Source of the DNA: the human T2T-CHM13v2.0 reference genome, Homo sapiens
NCBI RefSeq assembly: GCF_009914755.1
Contig: NC_060940.1
Length of the DNA: 64,000 nt
Reading direction: 5' to 3' (one strand)
Part shown: piece after piece, positions 15,143 to 35,140 of the stretch
How positions within the stretch are numbered: the stretch's first letter is position 1
How the letters are laid out: the number at the start of each line of letters is the position of its first letter
Position numbers and translations under genes: made by a program
The notes under the pieces: generated by a model
What the model was told of the DNA's origin: nothing
Database searches by the model: none
What the model saw: only the letters and a program-made list of their open reading frames with translations

Positions 15143-16613
15143 TAAGGTTTGTCTGATGCTAATAATGAACTTCATTTTAGTAATGAGGATTCTGAGGTCC
15201 AGAGAGGTTAAGACTTTTATGGAGGAGCACAAGCTGGCCCAGGACCTCCACACTTTAGTGCCCTGTAACTGCTGGGAGCTTCCTGGTTGGATGGGCAGGG
15301 GAGAGCTGGCGATTTGGCATGTTGGGACAGGGGGAAGAGCAGGCAGAAGGGTGTTCCAGGCCGAGGGCACACTCCAGTGAAATCCAGGAGTGTAGACTTT
15401 GATGCTGGGTAAGGCTGGGGCAGCAAGGGGCCCGGAAAGTGCCACTGGCTGCAGTCAAAGTGGCCTGAGCAAGGTGTTCTCTGTGTTTCTGAGGCTGACC
15501 TCTGTGAACTCAGAGAGAGAAAGAGAGAGAAGGGATATTGGTGTGCGCTTGTGTGCATGTGTGCACAACCATGCGGTCTGGCAGGCTTGTGGGACAGTGC
15601 CCATGTACAAGCAGCTCTCTTGTGTGTGCAGGGCTGCTTGGAGGCCATGGTCCTGGGCTCTTGGGTGTGTGTGAGTGTGTGTGTTTCCACTGGTGGAAAA
15701 TGGGTGTATCTCTTGGCAGGAGCTGGGAATGTGAGTGGGTCTGAGGTCCAGGGAGAGCAAGCCTATGGTTGCAAGTGGGCAGACTACGTGAGAGGGGTCT
15801 GGGAGCCTTTGTGTCTGTGTGCATGCGTATGTGTGCCTGCGCCTCAGAGTGTATGCATGAGTGGATGAGTGTATGCACACCTGTGTATGCAGTCATGCAC
15901 ACACATGCATGTGTGTGTATGTGCGTGTATATATGCTTATGTGTATGGGAGTGAATGTGCCGCCATGTGTCTGCTTGTGTCTGCAATAGCCTGAGTGTGC
16001 ATGCGTGTGAGTTTTGCTTTCACATTCAGTGCTAGTCAGAGGCTCCAATTCCTGTAAACCTCATGGTCTCATCTTCCAGCAGACATCCCACAGCAGTGGC
16101 AGTGGGCACCACAGCCTAGGCTTGATCTGACTTATGGCTTCCCCTTTTCAAGCCTCTGGTTGCAGGGTGTAGAGGGGATGTAGGTGAAGGCAGGACACCC
16201 GGCCCCCAGCTGGCCGCAGGCCCCACCATCCCTGGCATCTGCGGCATGAAGCCACCCATGGGAGTCTGAGGGAAGTCACATTACTGGGACTGGCCAGGGT
16301 AGAGCTGCCCTGGGAAATGTGGGTTCACTTTCATTCTACTGAAGGTGAAAATCAGATCACGCCTCTCCTCTGTCTCTCTGAAAACCCTCCAAAGAGTCCC
16401 TGTTGCATTTCAAGCGAAACATGAGTCTCTACCCAGTATCTCAGATGTCACCAGGGCCCTGCTGGCCAGAAAGACTTGGGAAGGAACCACCCATGGTGTA
16501 TCCACTGTGTCACTCTTGGCTTCGAGTCCCTTCCTGTAAAAGCTGAGTAGGAAGTCCTTGCAGGGGGCAGGGGTGATTGCGTGCTTGTGGCCGTTCCTCT
16601 GTCCAGTGGGTAG

Positions 16614-16916
<303 letters not shown>

Positions 16917-18879
16917 TAATTTTTTCTAGAAACAGGGTTTCCCTGTGTTGCCCAGGCTGGTCTCGAATTCCTGAGCTCAAGTAATCCTCCCACCTCAGCC
17001 TCCCAAAGTGCTGGGATTACAGGCGTGGGCCCCCGTGCCCAGTCCCTCATGCCATTTCTGTGCCACTAGGAAGTAACACTGGCTAACCAGGTTGACATTT
17101 CTCTTGTTCCCAGAGTGAAACGAATGAGTGCTTCTTCTTTAATCCTGCAACTACCCGACATGGTCAGCACTTATATTTTCACTCTTACTTGGCAGATGAA
17201 GAAATTGAGTCCTGTTAAGGAACGTGCTTAGGATCACATGCTAGGAGGTGGTCGTGCTGGAATTCAAATCCAGGCAGGTGCTAGCTTGAGAGCCACTGCT
17301 CTATAAAGCCCTTCTCAGGCCTCCACTCAGGCCAAGGGAGGAGGAAGGGCCCTCAGGCAGGAGCAGCGTGAGCAAAGGTCTGGAGCTGGGACTGAGCATG
17401 GCATGTCAGGAGAGAGAGACAAGAGCTCTGTGGCCATGGGGAGCAGCGTGAGGTCAAAATGGAGAGGCAAGAGGAGGGAGGGATGTGGAGGTCCCTGAAT
17501 GCCAGCATGAACGCTCCGGGCCTTCTGTGGGGTGGGCGGCACGGGAGAAAGGGAGTCTAGCCAGCTCCGGCTGGGTGCCCTGGCTCAAACCATCCTTGCC
17601 TCAGGCAAGGACACCTGCATGGACCCAGTCGCTCAAGTCCCAAACCAAGTCCATCCTTGAGTTCTGTCTTTGTCTCCCCTCATCGGGCCGTGGGGAGTAG
17701 AGTGAAACCGCAGCTGCAGCCTCCTGGCTAGTCTCTCCACTCCTCTGCCCCCACAGCCCAGTCTCCACGCGGCGGCCAGGGGCGTCTACTGAAAACGAAA
17801 ATCAGGTCATGTCTCTCTCTTTCTCTTTCTCTCTCTCTTTTTTTTTTTTGAGATGGAATCTCCCTCTGTTGCGCAGGCTGGAGTGCAACCACCTCCCGGT
17901 CTCAAGTGATTCTCCTGCCCCAGCCTCTCAAGTAGATGGGTTTGTTTATAGGCCACCCACTACCACGCCCGGCTAATTTTTGTATTTTTGGTAGAGACGG
18001 GGTTTTGACATGTTGGCCAGGCTGGTTTCCTGACCTCAAGTGATCCTCCCACTTTGGCATCCTAAAGTGCTGAGATTACAGATGTGAGCCACTGTGCCCA
18101 GCCTCCTCTCTCTGTCTCTCCCCACCCCTCCCCTCAAAAATGCGCATTCCTGGTACATTTAAAGCAAAATCCAAATTCCTTTAAGTGGCCTGTGAGTCTC
18201 TACCTGATCTTGCCTCACCGACCTCTTGACTGCATCACTGACTGCTCCCCCATCACTGCGCACCCATACTGGCCTTTCTGTTCCTCATACACACAGGGTC
18301 GCTCCCGCTGCAGGGCCTTAGCATTCGCCATTCCCTCTGGTGGGAGTGGCCCTTCCCCAGCCCACCAGCCCCTTCTGTCATTCAGGTCTCAGCTGAGGGA
18401 GCCTGTGCAGATAAGCCCCTCTCCCCACCCCTCCTGGTTTATTTTCTTCATCTGCATGTGCTTAGCACCCGAAATTGTCTCTTGCTCTCTCCCCATCCTT
18501 CACCAGATTATAAACTCCATAAAAGCAGGGTCTTTTGTTGGTTTTGTTCACCGCTGCATCCCAGGCATTCAGTGAGCACTTGTTGAGTGAAGAAATCAGA
18601 CTCAGTCTTCCCCTCTGTAAAATGGGACCACATCACACCTCCTGGCAGGGTAGTGGTGTGGCTCAGAGGTAACGTTTGTACACAGTTGGACTTCTTCCCT
18701 ACTGGCCCAAGGACTTACCTGGCCACCCCTCCTGGAACCCAGCCTCCTCCAGCTCCCCCAAGCCCTCTGCCTTGGGAGCGGACACCTTAGCAGAAGGGCC
18801 GTCCTCCAGACCCTTTGCAGCCAGGCCTCTCTGCTCACAGATCCCTGAGGACATCCGGAGGTTGGTGCCCAGAGCCTAG

Positions 18880-19580
18880 CCCCAGGCTCATGCAAATTCT
18901 GTCTTCCAGTTCAGCAGCTGTGGCCTCCTTCACTCGGCCTTTTAAAAGAAATTCTTGGGCTGACTCACACTTCCTTTGTCTCCAGCTGGGTTCACTCAAG
19001 TGTCGCTGTTTTGCAAGGCTGAGGTTTGAGTCCCTCAGAAGCAATCTCTGATGCAGGGGCGCTGTGTGCTTCATTGAACTTCGAATGAAGGTCAGGCCCC
19101 CCAGAAAACCTCATACCAGGACAGTTGGGAAACTACCCCTCACTGGTGGTCAGGGCATTCTGGGTTGGAGAAACTGCTTTGGGGCTTTGGCAGGTGTTCA
19201 TTTTGTCCATCCCCCTGCCTCCCACCCAACCCCATCCCAAACTCACTCAAAAAAATGCCCCTACTGCCCTGGGGGGTGCATTTCAACGTCTCATGTACCC
19301 CGCTTTTCCTTCCTTCCCTGTGAAATCAGGCGTTTGGATTCAGCGCACTGCTCAGAAGGTTTGTTTCTTTCTGTGCAAACACGTGGAGTGATGCTCTGTC
19401 TCGATTTTCTAGAACACTTCCACTTTCACAGAATTGCGGTTATTTTGAGAAAAAGGGTCTGTTACAGGTACAACAATATACTGGTACTGGTCTGCATTTC
19501 TTGTTTCTGTCCCTGGAAGAGTTTTTATGTAAATAAAGTCACACTGCTCCAGGGGAAAGGAATTCCTGAGGAATTCCCTG
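18880..19580. promoter_or_regulatory. Candidate haematopoietic enhancer
   Basis: Unique DNA with octamer ATGCAAAT 18890-18897, AP-1 TGACTCA 18961-18967 abutting ETS/PU.1 CACTTCCTTT, IRF-ETS composite 19418-19427, RUNX TGCGGTT 19435-19441 and kB-like palindrome 19559-19577. Confidence 0.45.
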
Positions 19581-19817
19581 GAGAGAAAGGGATGAGTGAT
19601 ATTTAACCCATTTTCTCCCGTCTCCAGTAGAAAGAACTGGAGCTTTGGAGGCAGGCTGATTTCAGGGTCAACCTCTTCCTGGCTGTGAGGCATTGAGTAA
19701 GTTACTTAACCTCTCAAAGGGCCTGAATTTCTTGGGGGTAGATTTAGGGCACAGTTATCCCTGGATACTATTTTTGAGGGGGGAGTCGAACCTTTTTTAT
19801 TTACTTATTTTTTTTAG

Positions 19818-19970
<153 letters not shown>

Positions 19971-20094
19971 TAATTTTTTGTAGAGACGGGGGTCTCCCTG
20001 TTACCCAGCCTGGTCTTGAACTCCTGGGCTCAAGCGATCCTCCCGCTTTGGCCTCCCAAAATGTTGGGATTATAGGCGTGAGCCTGGCCTGGAA

Positions 20095-21480
<1,386 letters not shown>

Positions 21481-21620
21481 TGTGATTCTGCTCTGTTTGA
21501 CCTGGGTAAGTTAAATCTCTGTAGACCTCAATCTCCCACTTCTGTAAAATGGGTATAAGAACAGTGCCAACTCCATTGGGTTATTGTGAGGATGAATGAG
21601 ACACATAAGGCACAGAGTAA

Positions 21621-21972
<352 letters not shown>

Positions 21973-22553
21973 TGGATTGGATTTTGTTTCATCCATATCT
22001 TTGGCCATGTTTTTACCTGCAGCATGGGGGCCATTGGCCAGTGCTGTTGAAAGAGGTGGGGTATGAGGATTTCCTTGAACCCCCTTTTTAGGGCCAGAGG
22101 TTGGACTCCTGGGGAATTCATTATCAAGTCTGGCTGTAGACAGAGGTCCTCTCTGTAGAAAAAACATGAGTTAGGATGGTCCAGTCCCTTTATTCCACAG
22201 AAGGGGAAAGTGAGGCTCAGAGAGGGACAGTGTCTTGCCCAAGGCCACTCAACCAGGCAGTGGCAGAGAAACAGTTGGCTCCAGAGCTCCTGACTTGCCA
22301 GCCCCATGTACCTCCACCTTGATCCAGTAGCCAGTGTTTGTTGAATGACTGAGTGTGAATGAGTGAGAACACATTCCTAACACATTAGGAACACAGGCTC
22401 TGGAGCCAGCCTGCCAGGGTTTCATATCAGGTTCTTCCCTGCACAAGCTGTGTGATTTTGAGCACATTCTTTGACTTCTCTGAACCTCAGTTTCTTCATC
22501 TGTAAAATGGGTACAATCATTGTATCTGCTGTACAGAGTGATCAGGAGGCTTA

Positions 22554-22876
<323 letters not shown>

Positions 22877-23815
22877 TCAGGCACACAGTAAGTGCTGAAT
22901 TAAAGCTAACTTTCGCCAGGCGCAGTGGCTCAAACCTGTAATCTCAGCACTTTGGGAGAGTAGGGAAGGAGGATCGCTTGAGCCCCAGAGTTTGAGACGA
23001 GTCTGGGCAGCTAGTGATGACCCCATGTTTACAAATAATTTAAAAATTAGCCAGGTGTGGTGGCATGCAGCTGTGGTCCCTGCTACTCAGTAGGCTGAGG
23101 CAGGAGGACTACCTGGGCCCAGGAAGTCGAGGCTGCAGTGAGCTATGATCATGCCATAGCACTCCAGCTTGGGCCACAGAGCAAGACTCTATCTTAAGAT
23201 AATTTTTAATGAAATTAATGACAAGGACATGGTGGGGGGCTGCAAACAGATGTTTCCACAGGGAGTGCACAGTCCTGCCAGTGACGGAGCAGGTCTCCTT
23301 CTTGGTTTATTGAAAAGTCGAGGAAAATGTGGATAATTCATGTCCAGGGACCTGTAGCCAACAGAAAAAAGCCCCTGCCTTCCCCGACTCAGAGCTGCTG
23401 TAATACAGAAGCCACAAGCCACATGGGGTGACTGAGCACTTGAATGGTGGCTTAATATGAGTTGAGACGAGCTGTCAGTATCAGTTATACAATGGATATC
23501 AAAGATGCGGTATGAGCAAAGGTCCTGAGGCAGCTTACCTGGCATGTCTACGAACAGCAAAGCAGTGAGTAGGAGATGAAAGCAGTGATGTGATCTTGTG
23601 GTGTCTGTTTCTGTGTCTGTCGCCCCACTTGACTATTGCTTCCTTTGGCAGGGGCTGCATCTGCCGTGTACGTTTCCATAGCCACGGGCTGGCATGGCAT
23701 CTGGCATATAGTAGGTGCTTACCACATGTTTGTTGAATGAATGAATGGATGTTGGTGGTAACTACATGCAGCTGAGTTAAACTGAGCCCAAGGAGAGAGA
23801 GGACCAAATGCCTGC

Positions 23816-24224
23816 TGTAGTGGACACTGGTGTGTGCCCGGGTCCCCCTTCTACACAGAGGCAGTCACTCCCCAGCTGCTGGGAGAGCTGGTGGCTGATG
23901 GTTTGTGCCCAGCTGAGTCCCTCTCTGGGCATGGCCCCCTAGACCCCCTACCCCACGGGTCAGCACACCTCCAAAGACTGGTGAATATGGAGTACAAAAG
24001 CCCGGCCCCCTTTTCCCCAGGCAGGACAGCTCTACTGTGCTACTTGAGCTCCAGAACTTTCCCCAGGGATGACTGAGGCCTTTGTTGCGACTGCATCTGC
24101 ATCGCAGCTCAACTCCTCTGCCTGGTCCTGCTGACCTCACTCCCACGCAGGTGCTGCCTCCAAGAGCACTCCCCAATAAACCTGCTCACTCGTCCGTGGG
24201 CTTCCCTGGGAACCTGACTTGTTA
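23816..24224 (+). mobile_element. LTR16-like ERVL solo LTR
   Basis: tgtagtggacac...ccccagctgctgggagagctgg...gagcactccccaataaacctgc...ctgggaacctgac. Confidence 0.65.
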
Positions 24225-24631
24225 CTCTTCTCAAGCCATAACCCTGTCATTCGTCCATTCATTCAGTAAATATGTACTGAACAGCTATGCCCCAGGCATT
24301 GTTTTGGGATCCAGCAGCAACCCCAGACAGACCAGGACTGTTTGTGTAGGGATACTGGCCATCGAGTTTTTAGATTTCACCAAGACTGAATCTCATCATC
24401 TCCAGCCCCACCATGGCCATGACACTCCTGGGAGGCCTGGCTGCTTCAGCTCCCTAGAGTGGCCCTTAGAAGGTGTGGACAGGTGTGGGGACAGGAAGGG
24501 AGCAGACCCAGGAGCCCAGGTCTGTGGAGTCAGGCAGACCCAGGTTCGAATTCAGCTTAGTGCTTTTTTGCATTTCCCTAGTGACTAATGATATTGAGCA
24601 TCTTTTCATGTGTTCACTGGCTTTTGTATAT

Positions 24632-25617
<986 letters not shown>

Positions 25618-25664
25618 TATACCTTCTTTGGAGAAATGTCTGTTTAGGTCCTTTGCTTATTTTT

Positions 25665-27074
25665 ATTTTTATTTTTTTATTTTTTATTTTTTATTTTTTT
25701 ATTTTTTTTCCAAGGCAGAAGAATTTTTCTTAGTACAGAACAAAATGAAAAGTCTCCCATGTCTACCTCTTTCTACACAGACACGGCAACCATCCGATTT
25801 CTCAATCTTTTCCCCACCTTTCCCCCCTTTCTATTCCACAAAACTGCCATTGTCATCATGGCCCGTTCTCAATGAGCTGTTGGGTACACCTCCCAGACGG
25901 GGTGGTGGCCGGGCAGAGGGGCTCCTCACTTCCCAGTAGGGGCGGCCGGGCAGAGGTGCCCCTCACCTCCCGGACGGGGCAGCTGGCCGGGCGGGGGGCT
26001 GACCCCCCACCTCCCTCCCGGACGGGGCGGCTGGCCGGGCGGGGGGGCTGACCCCCCACACCTCCCTCCCGGACGGGGCGGCTGGCCGGGCGGGGGGCTG
26101 ACCCCCCCACCTCCCTCCCGGACGGGGCGGCTGGCCGGGCGGGGGGCTGACCCCCCCACCTCCCTCCCGGACGGGGCGGCTGGCCGGGCGGGGGGCTGAC
26201 CCCCCCACCTCCCTCCCGGACGGGGCGGCTGGCCGGGCGGGGGGCTGACCCCCCCACCTCCCTCCCGGACGGGGCGGCTGGCCGGGCGGGGGGCTGACCC
26301 CCCCACCTCCCTCCCGGTCGGGGCGGCCGGCCAGGCAGAGGGGCTCCTCACTTCCCAGTAGGGGCGGCCGGGCAGAGACACTCCTCACATCCCGGATGGG
26401 GCGACAGGGCAGAGGTGCTCCCTGCATCTCAGACGATGGGCGGCCGGGCAGAGACGCTCCTCACTTCCTAGATGGGATGGCGGCCGGGAAGAGGTGCTCC
26501 TCTCTTCCTAGATGGGATGGCGGCTGGGCAGAGACGCTCCTCACTTTCCAGACTGGGCAGCCAGGCAGAGGGGCTCCTCACATCCCAGACGATGGGCGGC
26601 CAGGCAGAGACGCTCCTCACTTCCCAGACGGGGTGGCGGCCGGGCAGAGGCTGCAATCTCGGCACTTTGGGAGGCCAAGGCAGGCTGCTGGGAGGTGGAT
26701 GTTGTAGCGAGCCGAGATCACGCCACTGCACTCCAGCCTGGGCACCATTGAGCACTGAGTGGAGGAGACTCCGTCTGCAATCCCGGCACCTCGGGAGGCC
26801 GAGGCTGGCGGATCACTCGCGGTTAGGAGCTGGAGACCAGCCCGGCCAACACGGCGAAAACCCGTCTCCACCCAAAAAATACGAAAACCAGTCAGGCGTG
26901 GCGGCGTGAGGCTGCAATCGCAGGCACTCAGCAGGCTGAGGCAGGAGAATCAGGCAGGGAGGTTGCAGTGAGCAGAGATGGCAGCAGTACAGTCCAGCTT
27001 CGGCTCGGCATCAGAGGGAGACCGTGGAAAGAGGGAAGAGGGGAGGGGCAGAGGGAGAGGGAGAGGGAGAGGGC
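25665..27074 (-). mobile_element. SVA retrotransposon (SVA_D-like), 5'-complete, 3'-truncated SINE-R
   Basis: On the minus strand: short CCCTCT hexamer run (~27028-27073), Alu-like region, GC-rich VNTR, partial SINE-R, then a patterned poly(A) tail at 25665-25709. TSD TGCT(T/C)ATTTTT at 25654-25664 and 27075-27085, next to a TTTTT/AA endonuclease site. Confidence 0.95.
25965..26335. repeat. SVA VNTR core, ~49-bp GC-rich unit, about 7.5 copies
   Basis: Repeats of ggggctgaccccccccacctccctcccggacggggcggctggccgggcgg. Confidence 0.9.
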
Positions 27075-27517
27075 TGCTCATTTTTAAATTGGGTTTTTTT
27101 GTTGTTGTTGAGTTGCAAGTGTTCTTTATATATTCTAGATACTAGACCCTCATCAGATATATGACTAGCAAATATTTTTTCCCATTCTGTGAATTGTCTT
27201 CACTTTTTGGATAATGTCCTTTGATGCACAAAAGTTTTTACTTTTTATAAAGTCCAATTTATTTTTTTCTTTTATTGCTTGTGCTTTTGCTGTCATCTCT
27301 AAAGATCCATCACCAAACCCAAGGTTGTGAACATTTACCCTTCTGTTTTCTTTTACGAGTTTTACAGTTTTAGCTCTTATATTTCGGCCTTTGGTCCATT
27401 CTATACATAGACAGAGAGGTTGAACTTTCTTCTTTTTCTTATTGTTCTAGCATTATTTATTAAATGATTATTTTCCCATGGAATGACCTTGTTGGCCCTT
27501 GTTGAAAAGCCACTGGG

Positions 27518-28219
<702 letters not shown>

Positions 28220-28348
28220 TCATTATTGTAGGCTTAGTGCCTTTTTGAGCCTCAGTTTTTTTTTCTCCCATAACGGGAGGGAGGGCAGAAGTAGGTCTCT
28301 GGTAGGGGTTTGTGGATGAAATGAGCTGGAATACATCATAGCAGCTAG

Positions 28349-29352
<1,004 letters not shown>

Positions 29353-29749
29353 TGGCAGTGTGCCGTGGACAGCAGAAATCACTACTGGTGCAGAGGGCTA
29401 GAGAGTGTCAGTCATCAGGCACTGAGGTGTGACTTTACCCTATTCTACCCATGCTCCCTTGAGCCCAGCCCTGGGCCTGCGTGAAGTGGAGAAAAAGGGG
29501 CACCAGAGGCCAAGATGCATCGACTTTCACATGACCTGGTGATACTCTGTGAGTGAGAGAGCAGAAGTTTGCTTGTCACTGAGTAGGGGAGGGCTGGGCC
29601 CCAGAATCATTCTAGGGTCCCACCCCCAGACATTCCAATGCAGGAAGGCTGTGCTGCAGCCCTGGAACCTACAGTTGTCCCCAGATGTTGTGTTCTTGAA
29701 AGAACTGTGCAGTGAACATCAATCACCCACCATGCGGATTCCACAATGA

Positions 29750-30129
<380 letters not shown>

Positions 30130-30580
30130 ATCCACCTTATTTCTTGTTGCATTTCAAAGTAAGTTGCATCCAAAGTAAGTAAGAGACATCCATCCACTGC
30201 CCCTTTGCATACTTTGGCAGGCATTTCATTAAATACAGTTCAAAATTTGTGTGCGTGTATGTGTGTGTTTTCATAAAACCTGTATTTCCAAAAAAAAAAT
30301 TCCCCAGAGTATTCTTCCACGGTGCCAATCCAGGATAGTGGGTAAGACGTTATGTTAAGAACCACCATCCTGATTACTGAGACACCTAAGAGGAACCCTT
30401 TATAAGGGTTCCCAGGGTGGGGATGGGTTCCTGGCTCTACCTTCTCCTAGCTGTGTGGTCTGGGGTAGGTCACATCACCTGTCCAAGCCTCAATGTCCTC
30501 ATCTCTAAATTGGGCTTAAGAAAAGTATCTACTTCTTAGGGTTGTCATGAGGAATAACTGAGTCTCTGCACATGAAGTGA

Positions 30581-30949
<369 letters not shown>

Positions 30950-31716
30950 TAAAGTGCTGGGATTACAGGCGTGAGCCACCACGCCCCACCCAGAACAACC
31001 CCTTTTCTTAGTGTAGTAGGGTTGTTTCTGGAAACCAGAAGCATTTTTGGCCTGATTGGCCTGGGAACTGGTGAACGAGCAGATTGAGGATAAAGCCAAG
31101 GCCTACAATTCCTCTCACCTTACCTTTGTCCTCACTGGTGCAGGTGGCAGGAAACCGCCTTCCAAGGATCTTTGATCTCACTGGGAAGCTGGAGCTCGGG
31201 GAGGCTGGCACAGGGGGTTGCTTCAGGCCTGAGTGTGAGGGTGATGGATTGTGGTGTGGGGGAGGGGGGATAATCCTCCCTAGAGGGGAGGCTTACCCAA
31301 CATGTGTCAACAGACCCCACTTGTCTGCTCATGACTGTAATTTAAAATGCTGATTTTGCAACTCTTGGAGCTGGTGGAACACTACAGCCCCTTGGCTATT
31401 TTGCAGGAGATTTAAGGACCTGCACGTTAGTGAACATGCAGGCTGCCTTGGTGCCTGAAGCAGAGGTCACGTTCTAGAGAGAGTTTGCAGATTGGAAGCC
31501 CACGGGCCAGAGTCAGTCCATGGATGACTTTCTGGGGCACATGGTTTGTTTTTGTTCCTTTGTTTCAGAATTGAATTGTTTGCCAGCATTTTTTTTTTAA
31601 ACATGGAAATTATACATGAAAATGTCTTGAGCTGGGCGCGGTGGCTCATGCCCGTAATCCCAGCACTTTGGGAGGCCAAGGCAGGTGGATCATCTGAGGT
31701 AGGGAGTTCGAGACTA

Positions 31717-31878
<162 letters not shown>

Positions 31879-32186
31879 CTACAGCCTGGGCAACAGAGTG
31901 AGACTCCATCTAAAACAAAACAAAAACAAACGAAAAAAAGAAAATGTCTTGAAAAATCAGATCTAGCAACAATGGGCCCACAGTCCTGCACGACAACCAC
32001 CGGCTGAGTGTGATGGACCCCTGTTGCCGGGACATCAGAAGGCCAGTTTGCCCCTGCTACACCAGGGTTACCTGTCTGTCTGCTGCTGACAACTTAGTTT
32101 GAGAACCCAGGCTTTACTGGTAAGATAGACACAGACACAACTATTTATGGCTCAAAACAGAGGGCAGTGAGTATTGTAGCTTAGGA

Positions 32187-32397
32187 CAGTGGTTCTCCAT
32201 AGAGGTGATTTAGTACCCTACGGGACAGTGGCAATGTCTGAAGACATATTTTGGTTGTTGCAACTTGAGGAGGGTGCCATGGCATCTCGTGGGTGGAAAG
32301 CAGGGGTACTGCTCCATATCCTGCAGTGCACATGACAGCCCCCACGACAAAGATTATCCAGCCCCAGTGTCAGTAGGGCTGAGGTTGGGAAACTGTG
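32187..32397 (+). mobile_element. MER20 DNA transposon
   Basis: cagtggttctc...ggcaatgtctgaagacat...gctgaggttgggaaactgtg; degenerate TSD gcttagga/gattaggg. Confidence 0.85.
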
Positions 32398-33292
32398 GAT
32401 TAGGGGCACCACCAAACTGGTCTGGAAGGAAGAGGTTAATTCCAGTGGTGGGGCTCAACAAAGGCTCCGTGAAGAGAAGAGGTCTTGCTGCTGAGCAGGC
32501 ACTTGATGACTAAGCCAGGTTTCAACTGAGAGCGACTGAGGGGGAGACATGTCAGGCAGAGAACAAACAACACAAGCAAAGGTCTAGAGGCACCTTTGAT
32601 GGGTGGAGGTGGGTGAGAGTGTGAACAGTGAGATGGAGCCTGTAGTTCAAGATACATGAAGTTTGGGGTCAGGTGGATTTGGGTTTGAGTTCTGACTCTG
32701 CCACTCACTAGCCATGTGGCTTCAGGCTTGTCATTGGCTTGAACCTCAGTTTCATCATCTGTAAAATGGGGATAAGACATGAGGTTATGTAGAGCCAGAC
32801 TCATCTATCCCCAGTCCTCCATTTCTACTCTGTGTCCCAGCCATCCTTAACTACTGGCAGTTTGCTACATGCTTCTTGCTTTGTCTCCCCTGTCTGGCCC
32901 CTCCATGTGCAGTTCCCTCTGCCTGGAATGCTCACATGCCAGATGTGTGGATTACACCATCAAGGTGTTATAAACCCGGTGCTGACATGCTAAGACTTGT
33001 GTTTTGAAAAGATCACTCTGCCAGCAACATGGTGTTGGGCTTGTGGGAGCAGGTGCAGGGAATCTGGAGGCCAAGGGAATGATGGGGGATTCCCAGGCTC
33101 ATACAAAAAGCCTGGGGGCTTCTCCCTTCACGCTAACTCCCTTCTCCGTCACTTCTCTGTCCTTAAGGTACCTTGGGGGAAGGTCAGTGAGGACCCACCA
33201 GGCATGAACGGGTTGGATTCTCTCTTGGTTAACGTTCCTGCTCCTTTCTCAGCCTAGGAGCCTGGTTACTTCATAGGTCAGGGTTGAGGTGT

Positions 33293-33662
33293 TGTATTAG
33301 TCTGTTCTCACACTGCTATAAAGAACTGTCCAAGACTGGGTAATTTATAAAGGAAAGAGGTTTAATTAACTCCAGTTCCGCAGGGCTGGGAGGCCTCAGG
33401 AAACTTACAATCATGGCAGAAAGGGAAGCAAACGTCCTTCTTTATGTGGCAGCAGGAAGAAGTAGTGCCGAGCAAAGGGGGAAAAGCACCTTATAAAACC
33501 ATCAGATCTTGTGAGAACTCACTCACTATCACGAGAACAGCATGGGAGTATCCGCCCCCATGATTCAATTACCTACCACGGGGTCCTTCCCACGATATGT
33601 GGGGATTATGGGAAGTACAATTCAACATGAGATTTGGGTGGGGACACAGCCAAACCATATTA
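33293..33662 (-). mobile_element. THE1 (THE1C-like) MaLR solo LTR
   Basis: tgtattagtctgttctcacactgct...ggacacagccaaaccatat termini; perfect 5-bp TSD GGTGT (33288-33292, 33663-33667); 370 bp. Confidence 0.92.
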
Positions 33663-33846
33663 GGTGTAGAGGCCAAAACCTCATAGAGGCTACTGAGAGT
33701 CTATGGGCCAGCCCTCTAGCTTCCTTAAGCCTCAGTTTCCTCACCTGTGTGGAACAGTCTTTTCAGGGTCTGTGGGGGTACATGGGATACTTCCTACAAA
33801 GTTCTTACAATAGGACCTGGCTCAATTTTATAAAAATGAAGCTCTT

Positions 33847-35140
<1,294 letters not shown>

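Noticed and set aside
19064-19606. 180-aa ORF in unique DNA
   Set aside because: Non-ATG start, no recognisable domain; the region is better explained as regulatory.
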